Shown here: one piece after another, positions 26,755 to 39,187 of the stretch
Position numbering within the stretch: the first letter of the stretch is position 1
How the letters are laid out: each line of letters starts with the position of its first letter
Notes under the pieces: model-generated
Told to the model about the DNA's origin: nothing
What the model saw: the letters and a program-made list of their open reading frames with translations, nothing else
The model's database searches: none
Translations under genes and position numbers: made by a program
NCBI GenBank assembly: GCA_030704615.1
Contig: CM060734.1
Location: 59,644,001-59,708,000, forward strand
DNA: 64,000 nucleotides
From: Takakia lepidozioides
Lineage: Eukaryota > Plantae > Bryophyta
Direction: 5' to 3'

Positions 26755-29700
26755 ATGGAGCTGGCAGGCTTGGAGGAGGGCGTGGTACACACATCGTGGA
26801 ACTACAGCGGGGAGAGGCTGGGTGTGGGAACGGAAGATGGGAGCGTTCAGATCTGGGATAGGGACATTTCCGGCAACACGTCGTTTTCTTGCACTAGCAA
26901 ATGGGAGGTAGGACTTTCGTATCCTGCAGCACAGCTTGCTCATTTGGTTAGGAGGTGAGAGTGATGCCATCCCAAGTGGAATTGTTTTTATTAAGTTGTG
27001 GTTGAAAGTGGAATGGCAACGCATGAGCACTTCTCGAAGTCAACTCCCATAAGGTGGGATGTACATGCCACCGAAAGGATGAAATGGCACCTATGTACTG
27101 ATTTTTTTTGTCGTTTTGATCTTGCTTAGCAGCAAGCGAGAACTGATTGTAAGATTTGAAGTGTCAGCAGCCACGAGTAATCTCGATGGTTCTGATGGGC
27201 ACTCAAAGTTTGATGCCTTGCCAGTGAAGTCAATTTTGCAACTTCGGCGAAAAAATTGATTAGTAAATTGGCATCCCAATTTGTGAAAGGAAGGAGCTTT
27301 GGACATTCATACATGAATTTGGTGATAAACGCAGGCAACCCTCTGTTTTCTTTTTGTCCCCTGAGTGTTTTACATCGATTCTACTTAAGGTCCATAAGCA
27401 ATGCTCAAAGGGTTACTTCTTGAAAAGCTGGTGAAGGATGATGTACATCAGTGTGTTTAAAGGGCTCCTTTTTTGGGATTCCTTTTACAGACGCAGGATG
27501 GTCCTGTGCTGAAGGTGGTTTGGGCTCCTCCTGAATTTGGAGATGTGGTGGTATCCAGCTCAATGCATGGAGGCGTGTCGGTATGGGAAGAGATTAAAGA
27601 GGGTAAGTGGGGTCTACTTCAAATGCTTTGAGGTTGTGAAACAATTTCACATGGATTTGCAGAAAATCAGATGCACATGGGCTTAGAGAGGGAGAGGAAG
27701 TGAGTAAAGCCGACAGACGAAAAAGGAGATGTAGTTGGAAACAGATGGACAAGGATCACGGAGGGTTTTGGACGGAGGGAGCTGTTTACATGCAGAGTTG
27801 GTGAGAACAGCATAGTGCAATTCAATCAGAGTGAATGGGAGGAAATTTGGAAACATGTGAGCTTTATAGCTTGTGAATTTAACTGTTGTTCTTTTGGGAG
27901 CTTGGCATCTTGCAGGGGATGAGCAATACAAGTGGAGATTGTGTGCTCAGTTTAAAGAAAGATGCAGCCCTGTCCTTGACCTACAGTTTGGGAATTGTTC
28001 GTCAGGACTGAAACTTGTAAGGGCCAGATGTATGAATCCTGAGTTGTGAGCTTCGGGGATGATCTTGGACTGCTTGATCCCTGATTTGTCGGACATCACT
28101 TCACTTTTTCTTCATGTCGAACAGAATCACATATTTTGCATGTGTTGCTTTACATCCCCTTGAGTCCCTACATGGCTTCAGTACATCCAAGTAGTTTGCA
28201 ATCAGAATCAGAGGATAAAGTTTATACTACGTGCGTTGGTGATATTTCATTCCTCAGTTGTTAGGGATGGGATCCTCCTCAATATTGGTTCTCTGGCAGG
28301 TTGCAGCTGGAGCAGATGGACATATTAAGATCTATGAGATGACAGATACTCTGGAGTTGAAGCATTGGCAATTGCAGGTGCTTCATCCCATTCAGTTTGT
28401 GAACACAGCTTATGAACTTTTTGTTTATCAAGTCTGCTGTTTCCTTTCAGGGAAAATTGGAAATGCAGTAGGTTCCTTGGACCCGTGGATGAGTAATATT
28501 AATGTAGAAATTCAATAGAATCCTTGTGTAGCTGTTTCTACAAAGCAATGGCAACTTCAAACAGATGAAAGACACGGTTGCTGGTTTGCAGGCAGAGTTT
28601 TCAAATGTGGCAGAGTTGAAAGAAGGGAAATGGACGGCATCATGCTCTTCCGCCTCTGTTTCTTGGAGGCCTCCAGCTGATGCGATACAACGCCCAGTTT
28701 TTGTGCTTGGGTACTGCAGTACTTCCCCTCAGTTCAACACTGCCAAAGTGAGTGCCAGCTGACTTCAGGTAGAATGAGTCCCATATGGGTTCATTACATG
28801 TATCTCTACCTTTGTTCTCACCATTCCCTCACTTGAAGATATGAATGAGTAGGTCATGTCTGAAGCATGCAATTTATGATCAGTGTAGGTTTGGGAATTT
28901 GCGGAGGCACATCAACGCTGGCAGCTGTTAGCAGAGCTGGTTGAACCTGATGAGGAGTCAGAGGCTGTTAATCACGTGTCATGGGCCCCTAATGTTGGCA
29001 GGTGGGCTTCTCCCCCCCTCTCTTTCTACACAAAGACATCTATTTCCTAATTTTCCAGGTTGGGTGGATGATTGAAGCTTTATCTCGACCATCTGTTTTC
29101 TGTAAGTTATTTGTAATTTGCTGGAGTCACAAAAATTGTCTGTTATTGATCATAAAAGTGGCTTTGGAAAGGAGATGACCACAGAAGGAAATTCTACAAA
29201 AGACAGACTCAGCTTCCTAATCTATAAGCCAAAGAGATTAATAATGTTACTGATTTTTCCTGGATAGAAGTCCACCTCTTCTACCTCCCAAGGTGTCATA
29301 ATGTTACTTTGCTCATGCTGGTGAAACTCTGGTTAAGAAACATTTAAGAATGGTAGTTTTCCTGATACATGGTTGTGTGTTTGAGATCCAGGTACAGAGA
29401 TTTATCTTTTCTTATTCGGGTCAAATCCCTGATGAAACTTAGTTGTTTGAAATGGAGCCAGGCCTTACGAGTTGATAGCAGTGGCCTCTGAGAGTGCAGT
29501 GTCAATCTGGAGAATTGAGTTTCCTTCACACTTACAAGGAAAGCCTGCAGTGTCCAGGGTTGCACGCCTCACTGAGCATAAGGGGGAGGTTTGTTTTCTG
29601 ATTTTCTGCTCAGAAAGGATTGAGAATTACATGGATTGCTTCTTAGGGTACAAGGTCATCTGCTTTGGGATTTTGAGGAGAACTCTGACTACTGTGGATT

Positions 29701-30042
29701 AGCACATCTAGCTCCCTAATGGTGGGCATGCTAAATCTCCAAGTGAAATCTATTTCGTTTTGTACGCACAGGTAGCAGTGTCTATCGAGTTTGAACCCAC
29801 CACACCGAGGGAGTAGTTGGGTCTCAATATACCGCAACCCTCCACTTAGATGGAGAGTAGTGAGCTTTTCTGAAGTAATAATCTGCCACGGAATGCAGGT
29901 GTGGCAAGTAGCTTGGGACATGGCAGGAATGACGCTAGCAACTTCAGGAAGTGATGGAAATGTGCGGCTTTGGCAAGCCGGCTTTGGGGGGCAGTGGCAA
30001 CAGCAAGGCATTGTGGATAGCGTATCCTCAGATGAGCTGTAA
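26755..30042 (+). CDS. SEH1: Nucleoporin SEH1 (WD40), 8 exons
   Basis: Approximate exons: 26755-26907, 27491-27602, 27915-28016, 28300-28377, 28592-28748, 28889-29001, 29462-29588, 29899-30042. Motifs include SWNYSGERLGVGTEDG, KVVWAPPEFGD, LKLVAAGADGHIKIYE, VSWAPNVGRPYELIAVA and VWQVAWDMAGMTLATSGSDGNVRLW. Confidence 0.92.
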
Positions 30043-31353
30043 GGGCTCTAATTGTGGCTGTGTGCAGGCGGTGAGGAGGTTCTAAGGGAATGTACACCTG
30101 AGACAAAGTTGTTGGAAAATCCAGGGAGTAGATGCATAGGTAGTATCGTCAGATGCATTCTCCCTGAATGCATAGGTAGTATTCTCTGACTCCATTTGGA
30201 TGTGCGAGAGAGGAGAAATCTGCAGTGTTTGAAACTCAGTACCATGCAATACTTTTGAGCTCTACGTTTACCAAACGGAGAAAGAGCAAAGCACTTCAGC
30301 ATCAAGGCAGCACCCCTGCCAGCCTTCAAAGTCATTTCCCTGCTTAATTGGCTTAGTTGCAGGAGGATTTTAGAAGGGTTGGATCAGGCAAGCAGAACAG
30401 AGTTGTCAGTCTGGTGCTAAGAGCCCTTGAAGAGTATTACACGAACAGGACTAAGGTCAACCTAGTGGTCGGAGCATTGTGGCCGATTTAGGTGGTCCTG
30501 GGTTCTGTGCAGGTCAGCTTCCTTTGGACATGTTCTGTTGTTCTTTTGACAGCTTGCCTGCCTTTGGCTGTTGGAAGGTTGGGAAGGAAGCCCCTATTTG
30601 GTTGGTCTTGTCTTAACCACAGTTTAACTGGAAAGTTCATGTTGTTGTGTGGTAGTGGATCCAGTGTTAGTATGTGTTTTTTCTCATCAGTGTCTTTAGA
30701 GTGTCGCGTGCTGATTAGGCTGCTTCATTGCTCCGTGTGTTTGCTGTTTTTGCTGTCCAGTGTGGCTCGTGGCTTGGTTTGATGAGACGCTTGATTCAGC
30801 TTTACGTGTATGTGTTACCATGATTAATCATAGGTAGATCTCCAAGTTATGCAGACAATCAACTAGTATGCATGCAAAAGTGCTGGACCAGGGAGGAACC
30901 TGGCATTTCTATAATTCCCGCCATGAATTGCAAAACGATACATGAAATCTATTGAACTGCTGACAAATAGTGTGTGCAAGCCCATTGACCGTCATAGCAA
31001 TTATTCCCTATGAGATCTTTTCAAAGATGGAAAAGTGATACTAAGGCATTCAGGGATAGCTCGGAAGTCCCTTCTCTCCATCTGATGATAAGTGCAGACA
31101 CCTGATCAATTGCCTTTGGGATGGATTTTGCTTATCTGTGCTACTGAAGCCCAGAGTGCTGTTGGGCTGTCCGGAACTGATGACCATTGTAGCAAAGGGA
31201 GGAACACAAACTGCAGCGAGTGTGGGGGTCAGGTGGGTGTGCCAAATTCCAGTGAATTGGTGATTCAATAGCAAGTTTCATAGTTGGAGAGCAAACAGTT
31301 GGGAAGCTCTCACAGGAATCTTCCAAATAAATCTCGTGTAGGGAATTCAATCT

Positions 31354-34130
31354 GTGAGCCCAATAATATACAGAAAGGCACTGCAAGGCTTCGTCTTCGT
31401 CTCTTCACAATCCATCTCACCTCTTCACCCACAACACTCCGTGCTCAAAACTTTGAGCTCCACACATTCTTATGCTACATGCCTGTCGCTGGAGTATCAA
31501 AACCAGTTGTTAGATGAGGATCGAACTTGGAGCAAGATTGTGAGCCATAGCACAGCCACCTCCGGGTGTGAAGGGAGAAGACAAAGACTAAGGGAGACGG
31601 AAAGAAGATATGAAATTTGTGGAAGTGATGTGGGGTTAGCCTCATTGTGCAAAGAGGGACAATGGAAAGAGTTATTGCAGATTCTAGAGATTGAGGAGCA
31701 CTTCGGCTTCCGTTCATATTCCCAAAAGTGTGCTGGTCTCTTGCAGGTCTGTGCTAAGACGAAAACTCTGGAAATTGGCCAGAAGGTCCATGCCCACATC
31801 AGTGAAACTGGATTCCATCCAGATGTTTATCTGGGAAACAGACTGGTCAGCATGTATTGCAGGTGAGGGAGTGTTGTGGATGCGTGAAAAGTGTTTGAAA
31901 AAATGCCTGAGAGAAATGTGGTCTCATGGAGTGCGATGATTGCAGGATTAGCTCAGCAGGGGCATGCTGAAGAGGCATTTCAACTGTTTCGGACGTCCGA
32001 GTGGGGACTGCCCTTGTCAGCATGTACTGCAAGTGCGGGAGTGTGGTGAATGCGCGCCAAGTGTTTGTTGAAATGCCGGAACGAAATGTGGTCTCATGGA
32101 ATGCGATGATTGCGGGACTAGCTCAGCAAGGGCAGGGCAAAGAGGCATTTTTGGCGGCTGAAACTAGAAGACATGGAGCCAGGCAGGAGCCTCCGATTTC
32201 CAACAACAGCCCGGCAGCTCTGGATCAGGGCAAGCAGCTCCATGCAGGCATCGTCAAAGCTGGATTTGAGTCTGATGGTAGTGTGGGCAATGCCCTTCTG
32301 AGCATGTACTGCAACTGTGGGAGTATGGTTGATGCCCGCAAAGTATTTGATAGAATGCCTTCGCGAGATTTCGTGTCATGGACCGCGATGATTGCTGGAT
32401 TAGCGCAGCAAGGTCACGGTGCAGAGGCATCTGACCATTTTCGGCAGATGGAACAACAAGACATAAAGATAGATAGAGTCACTTTCATCACCATCCTCAA
32501 GGCATGTGCGAGCCCGAAGGCTCTGGAACAGGGCAAGCGGATCCATGCGGGCATCGTCAAAGCTGGATTTGAGTCAGATGTCAATGTGGCGAATGCCCTT
32601 GTGACCATGTATTGCAGGTGTGGGAGCTTGGCGGATGCCCGTGTGTTTGTCAAAATGCCAATGCGGGATGTGGTCACATGGAATGCAATGATTGCAGGAA
32701 CTACCGAGGAAAGGCTCAGTGAAGAGGCATTTGACATTTTCCAGCAGATGGAACAAGAAGGCATGAAGTCAAACGGGGTCACCTTCATGCATCCTCAATG
32801 CATGCACCGGCCTAGCAGCTCTGGAGCATGGCAAGCGCCTCCATGCGGGCATCATCAAATGTGGATTTGAGTCCCATGTCCAAGTAGGGAATGCACTTAT
32901 CAGCATGTATTACAGGTGCGGGAGTGTGGTGGATGCTCGCCAGATGTGGTCTCTGGACTGCAATGATCGCAGGTTCTGTCCACCGGGGGCATGGTATAGA
33001 GGCATTCGGACTATATCGGCAAATGCAACGAGAAGGCATGAAACCTGACAAGGTCACATTTGTAAGCATCCTTAACGCATGTGCTGGCCTGGCAGTTCTG
33101 GAAGAAGGCAAGGGCGTGCATGCCCAATTCATCAAATGTGGCTCTGAGTCAGATGTCCGTGTGGCGAATGCCCTTGTTCATATGTACGCCAAGTGTGGCA
33201 GCGTAGGGGATGCTTGGAAAGTGTTTGACAAGATTTTGGAACGAGACCACATCTCCTGGAATGCCATGATCATAGGATATGCACAGCATGGGCAAAGTAA
33301 GGAACCGTTCACACTCTTTGAGCAAATGTTGGGGGAAGGGGTGAAGCCTGACAATGTCACATTTATTGGTGTTCTGTCTGCTTGTAGCCATGTGGGCTTA
33401 GTTGACAAGGGTCGTCTTTACTTCCATGCCATGATTCGGGACCATGGCATCACACCCACACAGGAGCACTATGCTTGTATAGTAGATCTTCTTGGCCATG
33501 CAGGGCACTTGAGTGAGGCAGCGAACTTTATCAACCACATGCCCTTTGAACCAGGTGCTTCAGTCTGGGGTGCCTTGCAGAATCCATGGCAATGTAGGAC
33601 TAGCAGAGCTTGCTGCAGAATGTGCTCTCAAGTTACAGCCACAAAATGCTGCAGTGTATGTGCTGCTTTCAAATATCTATGCAGCGGCTGGTGGGTGGGA
33701 TGATTTAGCAATTGGACAGAGGTGTGACAAAGGAGCCAGGGTGCAGCTGGATTGAAGTTGAGAACAGGATACATACATTTGTTGTGGAAGACAGATCACA
33801 CCCACAAACAAATGAAATATATGCCGAGTTAGAGAGATTGACAACCCAGATGGAGGAGGCGAGCTATGTGCCTGACACCCACTTTGCGTTGCATGATGTG
33901 GATGAGCAGCATAAGGAACAGGCTCTTTGCCACCACAGTGAAAAATTGGCCATTGCTTTTGGGCTAATCAGCACACCCCCTGGGACACTCATCCACATAA
34001 TAAAAAACCTTCAGGTATGTGGTGATTGCCACAGTGCCACCAAGTTCATTTCCAATATCGTGGGGCGAGAGAAACCAACCGCTTTCATCACTTCAAGAAT
34101 GGGGTGTGTTCTTGTGGAGACTATTGGTAA
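31354..34130 (+). pseudogene. PLS-class PPR-E/E+-DYW RNA-editing factor, disrupted
   Basis: P/L/S motif triplets are followed by an E domain ([13 protein letters not shown]) and a DYW domain (HSEKLAIAFGLISTPPG...NLQVCGDCH...[14 protein letters not shown] at 34130). There is an in-frame stop at about 31864, plus several frameshifts and deletions. Confidence 0.9.
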
Positions 34131-34359
34131 TGAGTGAAACAACTGATGCTAATCTTTCTTTGATCTCTCTTTATCCAGATGCCCACCACGTGGTTAAGGC
34201 CTCGAAGGATTCTGAATGTCTGGTTATGGTACAAAGTTGTGGGTAGTATACACCCCTCAGGCACACATGCTCTTGAAAGTTGCATCAACAAATCACAGGA
34301 TTGGCAGAACATGGCCAGTTCTACTGCATATCACATTTCCCTTAACATCAATGTGTCTA

Positions 34360-37300
34360 CAGGGCTCCTTTTGGGTGGATTCCTTTTACAGACCTCTATG
34401 AGGGCCCTGTGCTGAAGGCGGTTTGGGCTCCTCCTGAATTTGGAGATGTGATGGTATCCAGCTCAATGGATGGATGCGTGTCTGTATGGGAAGAGATTAA
34501 AGAGGGTAAGTGGGGTCTACTTCAAATACTTGAGGTTCAGCAAAAGCTTGCTCACAATTTCGTATGGATTTTCAGAAACCCAAATGCACATAGGCTTAGG
34601 ATGTACTCATAAGACGCTGTTTGCCGTAGCCTTGTGGCCATTGACCCCTCGCCCAGTTTGAGTGGAACACAAAGGGACAGAAACCACCTTTGTCAGGGGC
34701 TGACGCCAGTAGTATGACTTACCTTGAAACATGCAATTGATCCGAGTTTTCCACACATCCTCTAGAAATCCCTTCACACAAACATCAATCTGCTGTGTGT
34801 GATTCGCCCAATAACTAAACCCCAAAAGGGCCTGGGCTTTTGCTTCAGCCACGAGATTCCTACAATTTCCTTGACGGGATTGAAGAGGGTGTCTCTCTGG
34901 TGAGAGTACCCAGGACAAAAGGCTTAGGAAGAGAGAGATGCACCTAGGCTTCAAAAGAGAGAGGAAGTAAAGAGCAAGCCGACGGACGAAAAAATGAGAT
35001 GTAGTAGGAAACAGATGGTCAAGGATCACATAGGTTTTTGGATGAGGGAACTGTTTACATGCAGAGTCAGTAGGTAATTGGTGAGAATGGCATAGTGGAC
35101 TTCAATCAGAATGAATGGGAGGAAATTTGGAAACGTGTGAGCATTTCGATTTTCAGTTCGATTCGATTTCTTACCTTGTCCAGGCCAAAAATGGCAGTAG
35201 CCAGTAAAAGATCCTAGTGGCTAGTGGGTTAGCCCACTTAAAGAAAGGCAACAAGGAGGGTCTTCAGACAAGGGCTTTACTGGCAAGCTGTATAGTTCCT
35301 ATTCTGGTCAGTTTTCCTTCTTGCTTAAACATCATTAATTCTGGCCCTGGCGCTTTCCAAAAATAGGATTACTGTAGAGTAATTATGTGGTATCTTATGC
35401 CATGACAAGTTCATATAAAGAAACAAAGTATGGGATCCATTATTCTGCCAAGTTCTACAAAGAAAGCAATGGCAGCTTCAAAGGGTTTGCAGGCAGAGTT
35501 TTCAAGTGCGGCAGAGTTGAAAGAAGGGAAATGGACGACATCATGCTCTTCCGCCTCTGTTTCTTGGAGGCCTCCAGCTGATTCGATGCAACAGCCAGTT
35601 TTTGTGCTTGGGTACTGCAGTACTTCCCCTCAGTTCAACACTGCCAACGTGAGGGCCAGCTGACTTAAGGTAGAATTTGGATTCACTCTTCTGGGTGGTG
35701 ATTGAGCTGGTGAGTCCCATATGGGTTCATTACATGTATCTCTACCTTTGTTCTCACCATTTCCTCACTTGAAGATATGAATGAGTAGATCATGTGTATT
35801 CTGAAGCATGCTATTTATGAGCAGTGTAGGTTTGGCACATCAACTGGCAGCTGTTATCAGAGCTGATTGAACCTGATGAGAAGTCAGAGGCTGTCAATCA
35901 TGTACCATGGGCCCCTAATGTTGGCAGGTGGGCTTCTCCAACCCTTCTCTTTCTACACGGAGACACATCTATTTCCTAATTTCGGTTGATCATAAATTTT
36001 TTATCTCGACCATTCGTTTTCTGTATAATTTGCAGGAGACACAAACATTGTCTGCTATTGATCAGAAGAGTGGCTTTGGAAAGGAGACGACTACAGAAGG
36101 AAATTCTACAAAAGACAGACTCAGCAGCTAGTCTGTAATCCAAGGAGATTAATAATCCGGAATTCGAACTGATTTTTCCTGAAAGTCCGTCTCACCTACC
36201 TTCCAAGGTTTCACGTAGTTTCTGTTAGTCCTACTTTTCTGATGAAATTCTGGTTAAGAAACATTTGAGAATGGTAGTTCTCTTGATACATTACTAACAC
36301 TGAAGAGATGGTTGTGTGTTTGAGATCCAGGTACAGAGATTTATCTTTCTTATTCGGGTCAAATCTCTGATGAAGCTTAGTTGTTTGAAATGGAGCCAGG
36401 CTTTGCGAGTTGATAGCAGTGGCCTCTGCACTCTCCCTTAGGGTCGTCCCCCTTTTTCTTTGGACCCATTTGTGTTTCATCTCTTCGCCGAATGTATGTA
36501 CAGTGTCAATCTGGAGACTTCACACTCACAAGGAAAGCCCGCAGTGTCCAGGGTTGCACGCCTCACTGGGCACAAGGGGGAGGTTTGTTTTCACATTTTC
36601 TGCTCAGAAAGGATTGAGAATTACATGGATTGCTTCTTAGTTACAAGGTCATCTGCTTTGGGATTTTGAGTAGAACTCTGACTACCGTGGATTAGTGTAT
36701 CTAGCTCCCTGATGGTGGGCATTCAAGGAACAGAGTTGCCAGTCTGTTGCTAAGAGCCCTCAAAGAATTTTACACGAATTATGCCAACCCTAGTGGTCAG
36801 AGCATTATGGCCAATTTAGGGTTCTGTGCAGGTCAACTTCCTTTGGACATGTTCTGATGTTCTTTTGACGGCTTGACTGTCTTTGTCTGTGGGAAGGTTG
36901 GGAAGGAAGCCAATGATCTCTGCTGACCTTTGCCTGAACAGCTGACCCAACAGTGTGTGTGCAATCCAATTGACAGTAATCATATCCCCTGAGACCTTTT
37001 CAAAAAGGGGAACGAATACTAAGGCATTGAGAATAGTTCGAGAGTCCCTTTTCTCCTTCTGATGATACATGATCACCATACAGATACCTGATACGCATTC
37101 CCTCCCTCAAATGTGTGATCCATGACCTAAGGACAGAAGCTGCATTAGCAACTTTGATTTCCCACCCTGACGAGTGCAACAATACTATCAATCGTGTTCA
37201 TGCTTGCTCTCAGCCGCCCTTTCACGCTAAACCCTGATCCTAAAGGGGTGTAGAGGTTCTGGCTTTCTGTTCCACTGAAGTCTTCTGATGGAGCAGCACA

Positions 37301-37700
37301 CATCACTTGTACATGAAGGTATGGATCTTCCCCCTTCCCACCATCGGATGTTGTCAGAGTAGGTGGGGGGCTGCTCGAGGAAGATTTTGCTTATGCACAG
37401 AAATGACTTCTTGCGTGGTCGGATTTCGGCTGGGCTGACTAAGCACTGCATTGAACGTTTCACAGCCTTTGGGATGGTAGACTTTGGATTTTGTTTCTGA
37501 AGCCCGAGTGCTAATAAGCTGTCCGCAACTGATGACCATTGTAGCAAAAGGAGGAACACAAACTAATGCAGCAAGTGCGAGGGGCAGTAGGTGTGCCAAA
37601 TTGCAGTGGATTGGTGATTTAATAGTAAGTTTCGTAGTTGGAGAGAAAACAGTTGGGAGCTCTCACCTGAATTTTCCAATTAATTCTCATGTAGGGTTTT
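34360..37700 (+). pseudogene. Partial local duplicate of SEH1 (exons 2, 5, 6, 7) and its downstream flank
   Basis: 34360-34530 matches 27460-27630; 35480-36720 matches 28580-29730; 36725-37700 matches 30390-31340. Exons 1, 3, 4 and 8 are missing and exons 6 and 7 carry indels. Confidence 0.88.
34602..34919 (-). mobile_element. 5'-truncated LINE-like insertion with a 10-bp TSD
   Basis: The segment is absent from the parental SEH1 intron (about 27680). It is flanked by AGGCTTAGGA at 34592-34601 and 34920-34929. Its minus-strand frame ends ...GVNGHKATANSVL*, and its tail is shared with 17541-17580. Confidence 0.7.
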
Positions 37701-39187
37701 GTTGTCCTCTTTGAAAGAATTGAGTGATTAATCACAAGGTAATCAATTGAGTTTGTGTTTGGTTGTTCTATGAACTGCACGGCTAGGACGATTGGTTTGG
37801 AGGGCATGCAATGATGACTCATGATTACAGAGAATAGTGTCCATTCCACAGGAGAAGGTTCTATGTGTTCCATCTTCCATGACTCTGAAGCATGCTCCTC
37901 AATCTCACATAGGTAGTGCTTTCATGGTTTCTATGAGGTGTATGAATCACAAGGGATGGATGCACACTTAGGATCTGACTCAACATGACCAAAAGCAGTT
38001 TCCATCCTATAAGAGAAGGTTCTGCGTACATGTGCTTGTGGTTGGTTTCATCCTTAGTGGTCCCTGTTCTGATGGCTACATTCAACCAGTGGACGGGTTC
38101 TTGCTGTGCAATACTCTGTATGAGTGCATCATACTGTCTCTTCTTCGGTTCTTTGATTTGGTGCACCCGAGTGTGATGTGACTGTCGTGTGTGTTGACGG
38201 ACTAGTTTCTACTAGATTGGACAGGCTGAGACGCACCAAACATGGGCTTCCTCTTGAAGACTAGATGTTCTAAAAAGTGATGTGTTTTAAGCTATGCCTG
38301 AATTTTTCTTTGTCTTACAAGCCGGCTTCTGGTCTATAGGTCTTGGCTAAAAATGAAGTAGCCAAGACAATTGGAGCAGGAAGAAGGTCACGGTGTCAGG
38401 GTCTCCTTCAGGATATGTATCCACATTTCTGTTGTTGTTCAATTTGAAGCTGATTAGTAAGGGGCCTTATTCCTGCTTGTCTGTACATGACTTGTATCAC
38501 ATGCAACGGATGTAAATGACTTAGGAGCGGAGAAGGACTGAAATCTATGAGGAGCAGTCTACATATACTGCAATTTATGTTTAAATATCTTTGTATGCCT
38601 GCAGACCAAACACGGAATGTGAATGTCAGTCCCTCATTTTATAAACCGAGCCAAAGCTGTAAATGATCAATAAGCTTCCACTGCTCTGGTACTTCCACTG
38701 CTCTGGTGCTTCCACTGCTCTAGTACTTCCACTGATCTGCCCTATCAGTGCAAGCTCATCATCTGCAGTTATTCTGATGGGAGCATCAGAAGGCACAACT
38801 CCCCTTGGAGAGCAAACAAAAGTGGGTGTGGAGACACCCAAGGAGACATGGCCAATAGAGCCCCCTTATCCTCCACCAACACACAACATCAGCATGAAGG
38901 AAAGATATAATTTTGTAGAACCCAGAGGCTCATAAAGAGAGTCTTTCTCTCAAAAGAAAGCTTTGTTGTGAGAACTCTGTACATAGTGTGAGCAGAAAAA
39001 TTGACATGTTTATCATGTCTGTGGTAGGCCTACAGTACAGAGAACAGAGGGAAATGGATGTGGTGCCAAAAACGTTCGGTTTGTGTTTTCTTTCCAGATG
39101 CAAAGCGACCCCTGAACATGTCCCCACAACAGACTGGTTGTGTGGTTTCTGGAAAACATGAGCTGCTCTTGCAGTTCAGACCGAGAT

